Below are positions 21,833 to 43,400 of a stretch of DNA of 64,000 nucleotides, piece by piece. Position 1 is the stretch's first letter. The number at the start of each line of letters is the position of its first letter. The stretch comes from Lingula anatina (taxonomy: Eukaryota; Animalia; Brachiopoda). The notes beneath the pieces were generated by a model. That model was given only the letters and a program-made list of their open reading frames with translations. It did not search any database and was not told the origin of the DNA. The position numbers and the translations under genes were made by a program. Location of the stretch: the NCBI GenBank assembly GCA_051362555.1, contig CM120645.1, forward strand, positions 11,284,001-11,348,000, in the 5' to 3' direction.

Positions 21833-24800
21833 ACGTTGACGTCACAGTAAGCTAATGTACATCCGGGTATCTGCTTCATGTACATAGGAGGGACAGCGAG
21901 ATCATTATAGAAACAGCATCACTCGTCGAAAGTCACGGCAAACCCATTGTAAATTGGATTATTTTCTTAAAGGTACTTTGAGTATCAAAAATATACGTAC
22001 ACATTGCACAAACTCGTTTATCGTATTTCTTTCTTATAAAGATTCCTATTTACTGAAGAAAATAAACAGAGCTCTGATTTTCGCCTGACTATTGTTTTTG
22101 AGTTGGTTTATTGCCGTGTAAATGATTAATAAATAGCCCAGACATCTTAGACGAGGACTGCCTTGTTAGGGTGGAGTGTTTGGTCGTCTCTCTGTTGACA
22201 GGCAATAATAATATAATGTAACTTGCAGACACTGACATCTAAATATATATGCCAAAATTTAAGGATTTAAGGATTACACAAAACAACTTTCGATGGAAAT
22301 TTAAGTTGTTGCAATATTCTGGTTAACCTGTATTTAAATTAAAGGAGACGTGGTCGGCTTAAACGAAGTATTGCGCCTGTTTAACAAAAACAAAAAAATT
22401 GCTTATAGTTACCATTAGTAAGCAATAACGTCCAGTGTTATATGTAAGCAAAATTTACTTAATGTCAGTCGACAACTATGTAACGGAATTGTCCAGAATT
22501 CAAGTACACAACAATTTTTGGTCTTAAAGTGTACGGTCATTTTTATTTATTAATTTTTTTCTATCCCAGAAACACTTTAGAACAGTATCTTATAAACCGT
22601 AATTATCTGTCAACTTTTGCCATAAAATGAAAATAAAATAATTTACCAACAATTTACTGCTTATCCTCTGTCTCTGCCACAGCAAATGAAGGAAGTTGAA
22701 AAATCAGCAATCTGTATAGGTACCTTTGCATATCCTATGTCTCTGTCATGTATATAAATACTATATCATGCACATAAATACAATATATCAAATTTTTCTT
22801 AAATGAATAAGATGGGACCTTCAAAAAAATCCACTTTAAACGGATGCTTGGATGATATTCTATATTTCCATCTGTAACTTTGAGTAAACATTTCAATATT
22901 AGGGATGTACAAAGACAAGTCTATTCCTAGGGAGTCGTTTATTTTTCAAAAAATTCTAGATCGTTGTCTTATTCTTGGTGTCAATAAGCGGGTAGCCCTT
23001 TGCATTATTAGTAGGCCCACGTGCCTACCGTTAGTGCACGTGTCACTGAATCAAGAAATGAACTTACAAATATAGATGCATTAAATATTTATCTAAGCTG
23101 ATAGCATGTCAAATTAAACTGACAATATTACAATAGCACTTGTCAGAAAACAAGAACGGAGATACACAGTTTGACAATATACTGTTCAAGTTGGCATGCC
23201 AGTTAGATTGTTCAAAGCAAAACAAAGACCGTTTTCCGGACGCTGGTTTGACACCTGTTTGGTTGCTAAAGAAAATATTATAGATAATTAATATAGAGTT
23301 TTTAACCTCGCTCTAAAGTTCTGAAATGATCGACACAAGAGAGAGTGAATCCTGAAGCAAGTACAGACGAACCGTTTCATCAAAATCTTTGTTTAATTGT
23401 TATTCCCACAGAATGTTTGTTCGTCTTTTTTTCTTTCCTTTTTTGGGGGGCAGGGGGGGGGGGGTATTTTTTAAGAATGAAATACACGAATAAAAGAGAT
23501 ATTCAAAAAAGGATTGGTCTACTTCTTTTTCTTCGTGCTCATTATTTTGTTGATTCTGTCGTACACTAACGCTATTGAGTTGCGACATATCTTGCAAATA
23601 ACTGGAGGGAGCACATTTTCCTTGGACTATTTCGAAAACCGTCCAAACATTCGAAATAACTTTCAACAAGACTAACCAACAGTTGAGAAAATAAACTTTC
23701 TTTCATTTTTTCACATATATGTGAGCATGTAGGTACCTTACTCTCTGACCACAGGGGTCGCTTTGCTAGTTTCATTCAAAATTGTTGAATCGACCCCTGT
23801 GGGATTTAGGATGACCAAGCAGGTCGCGTTCCTCGCCAGACATACCCTGTGTATTTGTCAGTATACTAGAGACCCCTGTGATATGAGAGGGTAGGGACAC
23901 CTCACCCTGGAGCTCAGAGGTCACTGGAGACTCGGCTCTGTCATCAGCATGGCTCTGTTGTTTGCTGATAGGCCATACAGAGGACAGTTTGAAGTCACCT
24001 TTGAAACTCGGGGTAGATCGGAAAACCTCGGTTGTAGATCATATCTGCCAAGAAGGCCCTACTTCTAGTTAAATGCGAAGGTTAACACTTAGAGATGAGT
24101 GCTCTGATCACACCTGCACTGCAGTTGATTTTAAAATTTATACTCCAATCACCTCTATGATGAAAAGTGCAGTATCTGATAATATGACAATTCCATCATT
24201 TCTTGACAATTTTGCTTTATTAATCGCCGGTTGAATGTCCTGAAACTGAGAGTTAAAGCGAAAGGTGTGAAAGGATTACATCACAGGTTCCGGCCTGAGG
24301 GAAATCTCTGAAAACGCTTTTCTGCTAATATGGTCGTTAGAATGTGTTGCTGGGAGTCGCTTCCCCTTTGGGAGTCCCTCGCTAATATAGCAAAATGGCC
24401 ATAGAGCAACATCACTTACTCCGTTATAGTTGGACTATGGCCCAAAGGCGTCAGCGCCTCATCGACAAGATATGAACTCTTGCCACCCTACGCGACCTTA
24501 TTCGGCAACTCTCATCGCAATCTCTTGCAGGACCGTAGGGGTGGGGAGGGGAGCAGGGAGCTGTCAAAGACCTACAGTATACTAATACAAGCATTTTAAT
24601 TATTTGTGCCGCCTGTGCTATTCATTAAAATAATGTTTATTTACAACCAAAAGTCGGATGGTACATTTATAATACTAAAAATGGCAATTCTAAGAAAGAC
24701 ATATTGGATATTAAAGCTTTTTTCTATTGGATTTGAAATTTTTGGATGTATTTGGTAAACAAAGTTGACAATGCCCAGGGTATAGAAGTCCATGAGGCTT

Positions 24801-27800
24801 TCACTGTTCTCAATTTTGGCACTTAATTTAAATACATATATCTTATTCCTAGCTTATAAAATTGTTCACTTTGTGTTAGTAAAAGCCCCTACGAAAATTT
24901 GTCTCATTTAACGTTCACTAACGGTTCTCAATCTATTCTAGAACATTTGGTGTATTTTTTTACAGTTCTAATGTTGTTCTGTAATGAATGTAACGGTTCT
25001 GGGGATCTGTTTCTGGGGAGTCCTTCACAATGTCCTAGAACAGATTTAGAACATTTTTCATTATATGAAAAACGTCATGTTCCAGGACAGATTGAGCACC
25101 GTAAGTGAGCGTCAAATGAGACAAATTTTCGCAGGGGTGGTGGTAGATTTTGTGTTCACTAATGTACATTTTATAACATTCTTTTACTCAACTCGTGTAG
25201 TACGGTATAAGTAGTTTGGAGTGTTTCTTGATATGAGTTTTCAGGATATAGGCTAACGTTTTAAAACTTTCAGACACTGACTGAAGTAAAAATGATCGAG
25301 ATACTTCCGACTGGAGCTAAAACTGCATGATTTGCAAAGAGAATGGAAAAGTCTAACAACTTACAAAGGTCCACCAAATCCCTTTTTGCTTTCGAAAATC
25401 TAAGTTAGGGCTATCTGTCGTTCAGGGAACATGGCATACTAAGTCACGTGCCCCTCCCTTAGCTCCGCAGGTACACACACACAAAAGCCGTATAACGAGA
25501 AGAAATGTGTACATATTGTTAAATGAAACCGTTTACTGTTTTACATTCGATGACAGAATTTCGGCAATTTTCTCTCATCCTCGTGGCGTCCTACCTGCCC
25601 CCTCCCACCCAACCCCTTAGAGCCTTACAGTAATGTACGAATAAATGAACCCCCCTGCCACGTTGATTTTTAATCATCTTTTTTCTCGTTGATAATGTAG
25701 CTCTCCTATGTGTCTCTCCACGTGTTCCCAGGGCTCTTCATCCAGGGCTAGGCGCGCCTTGACACTGCCTTGACATTTGACTAGTTTGACCTTTGCCGGA
25801 AGTCTGTGTATGGATCTTACGCTCACATCTGGCATCGCGTTTTCTGAACTTATCAAGGGATAATCAGATTCATCATCACATTTGGAATATTTTATATCAT
25901 CAAGTTGTTGTCACCCAATAATGAAGCGCAGTTAATGTAACTGAATGGTCGTTTTCCGCTGACGTCTTCTCAGCCCTCAGCAGCCTGTTACAATTAATAT
26001 AATCCCCAAATTTTCGAAACGACTTTTATGTAATGTACTGTGCAATTAAGAGTTGCTTATTTTAGTTGTACACCGTTAAAGATAGTAACTATGATTGTTG
26101 CAGAAATAGAAATAGCATAAAAGGAAGTTATTTGTTAACTGAAAATGAGAAAATATGAGACCATTTTTTCTCTCTCTTCCTGGGAGTTGAACTTCAAGGT
26201 GAAGATGTTTATACACTAGTATGAGTATCTAACCTCAAAGATCAATATGGGTAAAGCGACGCTGTTGACGCCACTGCAAACACGAACTCACTTGTTAAGT
26301 CTTTGAGAACGGTGCGTCTGTCACTGCGTAAAATAATTTATCTATGTTCATTCAAATTTTAGCGTTTTCTGTCGCAAAGCAATCGTGAGTTGAAATATGC
26401 GTATTGTGATGTATGGTTTGAAGAGCTATGATGATGTCACCCTCTTCCTGGGTATTGATCTTGAGATGTTAACAGAATAAATAAAAAAAGACGGCGAGAG
26501 GTTGATAGATCAGGCCACGAAGATTTAAGAGATCTGCAAAAGCATGACTAACTTATTTATATATTAGTGTATTTATTTTTGTCTATTTATATCGCTTCGC
26601 CTAGCAACATAATGGCTGAAAAACAGTTTGTTCCCTGTTTTTTTTCACATCGTTTGCTGCTTAGAGTTAAAGAAATCCAACATATACAGGTCTTCAATTC
26701 TCGGTATGCCCTGGAAGCCAACAATGGCGAAATCTGTGTGTACCAAAGCTTACCCTTCGTACCGGATATAAACTTGTATGGGATATCGCCAAATGAAAAC
26801 AAATCTGCACAGGATGTAATTTCGCCAAATGTAATTGTTTTTTTTTTTCAAAGTCATATATTATTATAAATTGTCCACCGGTCCCTGCACTTGGATTCGA
26901 ATAACAAAACGGATCATGATAAATTTTGACAGTCATTGTCTTCCTTGCATTTGCCTTACAGGATATCTATAGATATAAAAATATGAGTTTTAGACATTCT
27001 CATACCTTTAATCAATATATTTATGTACAATCAACCAAGGGCCCTAAATGTATCAAACGTGTACATGTAGAATAATCGTTACTACTGACCGTTAACAACA
27101 TTAACTCGCCCTGATAAAATATTGTTCGTCTGTAAAAAGTTACTTTGATTTATTGAATTCTATTCGTCACATATAGTCAATATACTACAACATGTATGTG
27201 GTACTAAGTATATAGCTAAAAGGTGCATCAGTATATATGGTATTGCAGTCTGCCGACTAACATGTGCATCTTCCAATCGGGCCCTTATATGGATTTCGGA
27301 TGTTACTGCCTTTGTGTTGTGATTGCCATCCCATCTTTTGCATACCTCTAGAGATATTGATAATGTAGAGTTTACTACTGCGCATTGCTACAATTTTCCA
27401 ATTGGTCAATATTTGTTTGAAAACAAATGCACATAAATTGGCACGATTTCCCCGATTTTAAGAAAGAAATAATCAAGAGTATTTTTTAAAAAATAAGATT
27501 AATACTATGTGATAGTCATTACAGTGTTTTGCTTTTTTCACATACTGGTATTTCATTCTTACATAAAAAGGTATAATATGAAATATATAAATTAGTTTGT
27601 GATAAACAGATAAATAAACACATGTAAGTCCATGACGCAATATACCGGTATTTTCTTTGCTTCTGTTGATGAGAACAAAATGCGAAATAAAAAGACATTG
27701 GTAATTTCCCTGCTTGAAGCACGTACACACGTTCTATCCAGCTTGATGTCCCTGTAGCACTTCAGGCTTGTACCTCTTGACCAGTTCGATGGACATTTTT

Positions 27801-28009
27801 CCATTTGAGGTCTCACTGTTGCTTCAAACAACCGGCATAATGTTTAAAATCATCAAATGTGTGTAAAACAGGTTTCATTTTTATTCGTCTTTACTTTCAA
27901 TTTCTCTGCATTGTGTTAGGTGTACAGGTGAGTCAACACAAATGCGTTGTAGTTGCATCATGGGAAGATCCGGTCTCCATCTTGTGACGAAACCATTAGT
28001 TGGCGAAGT

Positions 28010-28019
28010 TGACGTGGCA
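28010..28019 (+). promoter_or_regulatory. UPRE/CREB3(CrebA)-type site TGACGTGGCA upstream of ARF
   Basis: Exact TGACGTGG about 140 bp upstream of the ARF ATG. Confidence 0.45.
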
Positions 28020-28151
28020 GAGGTGAATTTTTACCAGTTTAGGGGCGATTTTGAACTAAGATCGCGATCAGACTTTACAGAACTGTAAACCAAAACAAGA
28101 ACACATATTTCTACCAGTATCTAGGAGAGAGGTGGAAGAATTCCTACAAAA

Positions 28152-30757
<2,606 letters not shown>

Positions 30758-31160
30758 GAGAAGAATTCAGATTCTCAAGACTTTATCCAGGGGATGGAAA
30801 TCACAAGAGTTCCTTTCAGAGAACTTTTAAGGACCACCAGTATGACTCTGTCACACCTGACACAAATGTAGAAGAATATCAAACACAGCAGAACATAATC
30901 AGTTAAAATACAATATATATACATCAGTTGGACAGGAGTGAATTCTCACAGGGAAATTTGAACAAGTTTAGACTTTGTGTGAGGTGTGACAGGTGTCCCA
31001 TTAGTGAGTTTCTGCATCAAGGATTCTATCAAATAATAATTAAAAACAATTAAAGGGACTCAGCCAGAGCTCTTAAGTGTCAAGAGGATTGAATGAAGGA
31101 GCAGATAAAAGGTGCTTTCCAAGACATTACTGGATACTTGATGCTCCTGTCAACCTCTAT

Positions 31161-31276
31161 GAGGTCATGATCATTATGGATCAAGGTCATGGTCATTATA
31201 GGTCAAGGTCATTATGGGCCAAGGTCATGATCATTGTGGGTCAAGGTCATGATAAATGTGTCATGGTCATTGAGGT
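31161..31276 (+). repeat. About 21-bp degenerate minisatellite (CAAGGTCATGATCATTATGGGT-like) in the ARF 3' region
   Basis: Five to six AGGTCA(T)-containing units. Confidence 0.75.
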
Positions 31277-32724
31277 TTTTCATCATTTATTTCATCCCAG
31301 GCTATACATTAATCTGTGACAGAAAAGTGATCTTCATTGAGCACAGAATTAATTTTCAATTTCAAGTGAAATGGAAAATGCTAAAAAAATTATATGTTTT
31401 AACTGACTATTTACTGTTACAATTATTAAGTAACGTGATACTACTGATGATTTAATAAAATCCATAGATTATATAATGACTGTATTAGATGGATGCAACA
31501 ATTAATATTTCGTTATGGGTCTGGTAGTATATTTATGGAAAAGAGGTTTGACGTAAAGGAGGGAAGCATTTGGTTTTACATATTGTATTGATAGTTAAAA
31601 TATTTGTACATTAAAGCTAGTTCAGAATAGCTGAACACTGTTAGCTTTGGCATCCGTGTTGACAGAATTTCATGATAACGTCTCTTAGTTATTTTGGTGG
31701 AGCAAGTGAAAGGGACCAAATGCAGTGTTGGTTAAATTTTATGAAGCACTGCTTTTTGATCAAATGTTTCAACACAATTCCATGTTGAATTGCTGCAAAC
31801 AAATCTGACAATTTATTTGAACTTGCTGAGAGAGTGTGTTTAAAGGTTAATTGAAAAAAATGCATTCTTATCTTGTGCAGTTGGTTAAAGGTGTTCAGTT
31901 TAGTTTTAAGGTAGTTTTTCTTTTAAATATTTTCAGTGTCATGTCCCTATTATTAAACTTTGTGTCAAACAATAAAAGAATATGTACAAACTTATCAAAA
32001 GCAATTTGTTTTAAGTATATGAAAATGCCTTTCTTAACTACTGTTAATAATTAACCATTATTAACCCTTCAATAAATGATGGTAAATTAATTTTTACAAG
32101 AATGTGTTTCATGTGAAATTAGAAGTATTATTTTCTGAAGCATCAAGTTCTGGTGAACATGCAAATTACTTCTATGAATTTTAAAACAAAATGTCACTTT
32201 GAACAGGTGTTTATTTCTATATAAATAACATTAAATAATGCTCTGGTATTAACATCTAAACTGTTTGGATGCTCAATTCATATTGCACTCAATATTGATG
32301 AGCAATATGAAATAATATTAAAAACTTATTAACATCTTTGAATATATTAAGATATTGCACAATTTATATACAATAACATAGAATATATAATCTTTTCCTT
32401 CCTTAAGTTTATATTTCATTCAAGAGTAAAGTGCAAATATAATGTAATTAGTCTTTCTACATGTCATAAACATTCACTGAACTTGTGTTATAACATGTTG
32501 AAACAATGCTCACTTGGTTAGAAGCGCAGAGATGGAGGTTTCTAATATGTAAACCTAAAGGATCACATGGACCAGCCTCCCTTTTCTCTAAAAGCACCAT
32601 CTAGCACTTACTATTGGCAGCATTTACTGTAATGACTCGATCTTTTCAATGGGGCAAATTGTCAAGTTTTAAAAATATTGTATTTTTTAAATGTCATCAA
32701 ATTTAAAAATTAGAACAGTTCTGT

Positions 32725-33142
32725 TGGGTGGTACAACAAAATTGAAAAGCAGTCTACCCTATAATCCTATTTTATGTAGTAAAAAATGTCAAAAATGCTA
32801 CACGCAAAATTATTTTATTATGATTCTAAAATAAATATCTGAGAGATTTTCCTGTTGACAATATTAAAATTTCATTGGTGATCTGCCGTAGACATTAAAA
32901 AACAGATCTCAAGTGGGCTTGAACATTCCTATCAAGTGGTTGTAACAAAAACTGAAAAGCAGTCTAGTACCCTCTAGTCTTTAGTATACAATAAAAGCAC
33001 CAAAAATGCTGCACACAATATAAGGATTCCAAAATATGCATCTGAAAAATAATATTTCCTTGCTAAAAGATCTGGTCATTTCAGTATACACTATTTCATT
33101 AAAAGATACCCTGCAGACATTAATTACAGATCTTAAGTGGGG
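32725..33142. repeat. About 210-bp diverged tandem duplication between ARF and the GPR180 stop
   Basis: Shared anchors in the same order in both copies: TGAAAAGCAGTCTA, CAAAAATGCT, ATCTGA, AGACATTAA..ACAGATCT.AAGTGGG (about 32742-32917 vs 32953-33141). Confidence 0.8.
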
Positions 33143-33916
33143 TTTTTCATAACACTAACCCATACTGAGTCACAGAACTCGCCTGTTGCATAAGGCATTC
33201 ACTCCCTTTGAATTATAAGAAAAAAAAGTGTTTTAAATTTTAAAGACAACTCATAAGATCAAGCAAAAGAAGACCCCACTCCCATAAACACCACCTGTGT
33301 ACGTGGCTTGACCCAACTCTGTGGAGACTCTTGCTGAGTGCAAGTGGCTCAACTGACTGACATGTATCCATAAAATCACTAGCTTGTCTGTATTACTTAA
33401 CACCAGGAGGAGGCGTGTTAATCTGTTAAACTGATTGCATTCAGCAAGAGTCCTTGCAGAGTTGGATTGATCCACATCGACCCTTGACATCTATGGGAAT
33501 GGGACCTTTGTCAACTGAAGACCACCCTTTTGTATTCAGGTTTGCAAAAAAGAACAAACTGTTTGTTTGGGTAAAAGCATTTTTCTATAACGAAAAAGTT
33601 GGTGTTCAGTGTTTTTTTTTTCAACTGAGATTTCAGTTTTTGAGACCTTGGTAAAACCTGACATTGTCTTCAGTATAATACCCTTGAAATACAGATGTCT
33701 TTTTTCCTCAAGATGAAAGAAACAAACAAAAAGCATGTTAGCAGCCCCCAGTAAACAAGTATTTAAAAAAGGGTGACCGACAGTTAACAGATGAATTATA
33801 ATTACTTCAGTGTGTACAATGTGACTTCAGCTTTTCTCATCTAGCACAATGAGAAGAATACTTGGCAGTTTCACAGCATTGTGCTAGGTGAGACCACTGT
33901 GTCTCACCCAACACAA

Positions 33917-40101
<6,185 letters not shown>

Positions 40102-40428
40102 GCCAGCATGAGCGAGTCTATTTCCCGCTTCTCGTTCAAACAGACTGCAGGTATGCTCTGTACTTGCTGCTCAGTTTCACGTTGAACTTGCCGGCCATGG
40201 TTGACACGTGAAATGACGTAAAATGAGGTCATAGCGAGGTCAATATTCAAAGCACTGAAAATCATATTTAAACTACTGTCACATAATTAACCAAGACAAA
40301 TATGATGATTTATATTGGACATGGAACTATTGAAATGAGAGTTATTACAGCTTTTCCAAGTTATTGTCGTTAAAATAAGAAAGCGGGTACTTGCCTCGAT
40401 TACCCCTTTCCGTAGGAAGCAGTCAGCA
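40102..40428. promoter_or_regulatory. Bidirectional promoter shared by GPR180 and TGDS
   Basis: Only 327 bp separate the divergent ATGs. It contains E-box CACGTG 40205-40210, TGACGTAA 40214-40221 and AGGTCA-N5-AGGTCA 40226-40242. Confidence 0.8.
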
Positions 40429-43400
40429 ATGGAAGAGCTTCCGGTTGAGTGTTCGTGCTGCAACAACTGCAAAAAATATAAGAAAAGGATTCTTGTAACT
40501 GGGGGTGCGGGCTTCATGTAAGCTCATTGATAGTCTTTACGTCTTCGAGTGTTTGAAAATATTCGTTGAATAGGGGTAAAAAGGCAAACATTGACACGTT
40601 CATTCATTCATTCATCAGTCGGCAAAGCTGAGGTGACCCGGACATCTGTTTATTTTTTTCAAATTCAGCTTAACAAGGGTTTAGGGGACTGGCCATTTAG
40701 CACAACTCAAGTGCGTGCAGTAAGCCGGAATTTCCACATTTGTTTATACACCGTCTGTGATGATAGCACTGCATTGAGTTTAGATTTAAAACTAAGTTAG
40801 AATCTGAATCTCTAATCTCCTCATTTTTTTCAGATTTAGAAATGATTGCTTGTGGAACAATTAAGAAAGCACATTGTAATGCATTAAGTGTTAGTTTTTT
40901 AATGTAATGTACGGCAATATATCATGTCATACAAGCTGTTTCTTTATTTGTAATTTTGTTCAATTTTGATTTTGCAGAGGTTCACACACTGTTATTCTTC
41001 TTGTGACAAGGTATCCAGATTACTACATTGTCAACCTTGATAAGGTGGGTATTGCTGCAATATTGTAGAGTTGTTGTAAGGATGTTTAAATCCACATTAC
41101 CTTATCATTTTCTTTTCAAAACTGTTATGAATATTTTCAAATATTAAACAGTGTTAAAACAAGCATACCTAGCTATTACATGAAGCAAAACAGTGGTCAG
41201 TGCCTCACATGATGTATATATACATATCCTTGACTGTTTAATTATTCCTGTATAATGTGAGTATTACAGCAGTTATTTTTGTAGATAATTAAAGCATGGT
41301 CTGTCTTTCTAGCTTGATTATTGTGCCAGTGTGAAAAATTTGGAGAGTATCAAAGGAAAGTCAAATTATAAATTTATTCAGGTATGTAGAAATTAAAATA
41401 CCTTAAAGCAAGCAAAAAAGGTAAGGTGCTCACTTATACATATATATGAAGTTTTAAATGTTAATGGAAAAATAAATGAAATTATGATGAGATAATTTTA
41501 AAGTAAGTAAAAATGCACTCTACTGATTGACTTAGGTGTCTTATTCCTGTGCTATGCTTCAATTCCAAGTTTTTGATTAGAATAGATATTCTGGCTTATT
41601 AAGCTACCTCAGTTTTAAAATTGTTTGAAAGGATGGGATTTTTTGGTTCATGCAGACATGCAGCAGAGGCAAACCTGTTTAATGAAGTAATTATAAGCAG
41701 TGTGAAATAAGTGGAAAAACAGAGTTGAATTTTAAGCAGCTGAGTATACTAAGTTATTAAGTAAGAGTTGATTTAGTTGCTGTACACAGGGTAGTTGCAA
41801 AAGAGTCAGTGATCAGAGATTGTTTAAATGTTGTGTTTACAGGGGGATATCTGTGAACCAGACTTCATGCGCTATGTCTTTCAAGAAGAAAGGATTGATA
41901 CAGTTCTTCACTTTGCTGCAGAATCACAAGTTGGTACGCTCATAAATTAATATAAACAGCATGTATTTGTATTTAGTACAATAATTTTATACAGTCTAAG
42001 GATAATGCTTTGACAATATTTTTTTATTTACATCTGGAGATGCCTTAGTTTAAATATTGATTTAAAATTGATTTGTTAAAATTAAAGAAGTGTGCTAAAA
42101 TCCATCTGTTTGTTTATTGTATTTATTTTGCAAACCAATCTCCTGTTTGCAAATTTGAAGCAGTTTGGAGATAAGATTTTTCAAAATTGAACATTTTCAC
42201 CCCCTCAAAAAAAATGGTGAAAAGTTGAAGAAAAGTTTTGCCTGATTGTCCTGTTCCATACTCTTCCAGACATGTCATTCATATATTCACTTGACTTCAC
42301 ACGCACCAACATCTATGGCAGCCATGTTTTGGTGAACGCAGCTTACGAGGCAAGAGTGGAGAAATTTATCCACGTCAGTACAGATGAAGTCTATGGAGGA
42401 AGTAGCACAGAGGTACATTGCCACAAACTGAAAAAAAATTTTGCAACATTTTTATTCTGTAACTTTTTTGTCATCAATTTCTCATATAAAATAAATTTTT
42501 ATAGTGTAACCCTGCTGGTGGTGCATACCCAGTAGGCAGTGATTGGGAAGGAACGCGCCATTGCGCCATACGCGCATAGAATCGTAACTGGGCGCATAAA
42601 AAGCCCTGTTTGTGCGCCATAAGGGCGCGTGATTTTGTTATACCTCGCGTTTTTAAAAAGAGTCTACTCGTCAATAAACTATTCGTCAACTGATTAGCGT
42701 AATTTTCCTCTCATACCTGAAGACGTCTCAGGAACGAATTCGGAAGCTGTCGAACGCAATCGCCGAAGTTTGCCGAGAGCAATGAGCACATCGTCCCAAT
42801 AGATATGCTAATGAAATAAAAGCTGATATCTTATTGGCCAATCGATTTATAGGTCATGTTTATCCAATTAGAAGTAACCTTGTTTTCGTTCTGAAAGTAC
42901 ATGGGATTTTTCAAGCAGCACTTTGGTGAAGTGAAAAGAAAAATGCCGCCGAAATAAGATTTTTAAAATCTCGCCAGACCAGCCTACATTAGTTAGTTTA
43001 TTTACTTCAACCGCTTCGTCTAAGGGTCCGTCCAACGTTCAGGAAGAAGTCTCAAAGGAGACGGGGGAAGAAAATGTACCAACTTCAAGAGCAGCGCTCC
43101 TTGCACTACGACGAGTAGTGACACTGACAGTAGTGTTACTGCTAGTGCTAGCACCTCTCACTCTCAGGTCGCACGAGGTTTCCAACCCCGAAGGCTTCAA
43201 CTATGGCCCTGGCTCCAGTACGACTGCGAACAGTGTAAGAGTTAAGATTCTTGGGAGTAAGACGAGTTATGAGGATGCACTGAATGTGTGGCATAGGGAA
43301 AAGAGATTACGTCATTAAGTAATGAAATCTCTTTTCAGTGAGACCGATTTATAAGTACTAGACAGTATGTGAAGACAATTTCATTTACATTTTCTCAGTT

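Noticed and set aside
23790-24110. Possible decayed SINE or tRNA-derived repeat (similar impression near 52185-52290)
   Set aside because: No convincing A/B boxes or cloverleaf, and boundaries cannot be defined.
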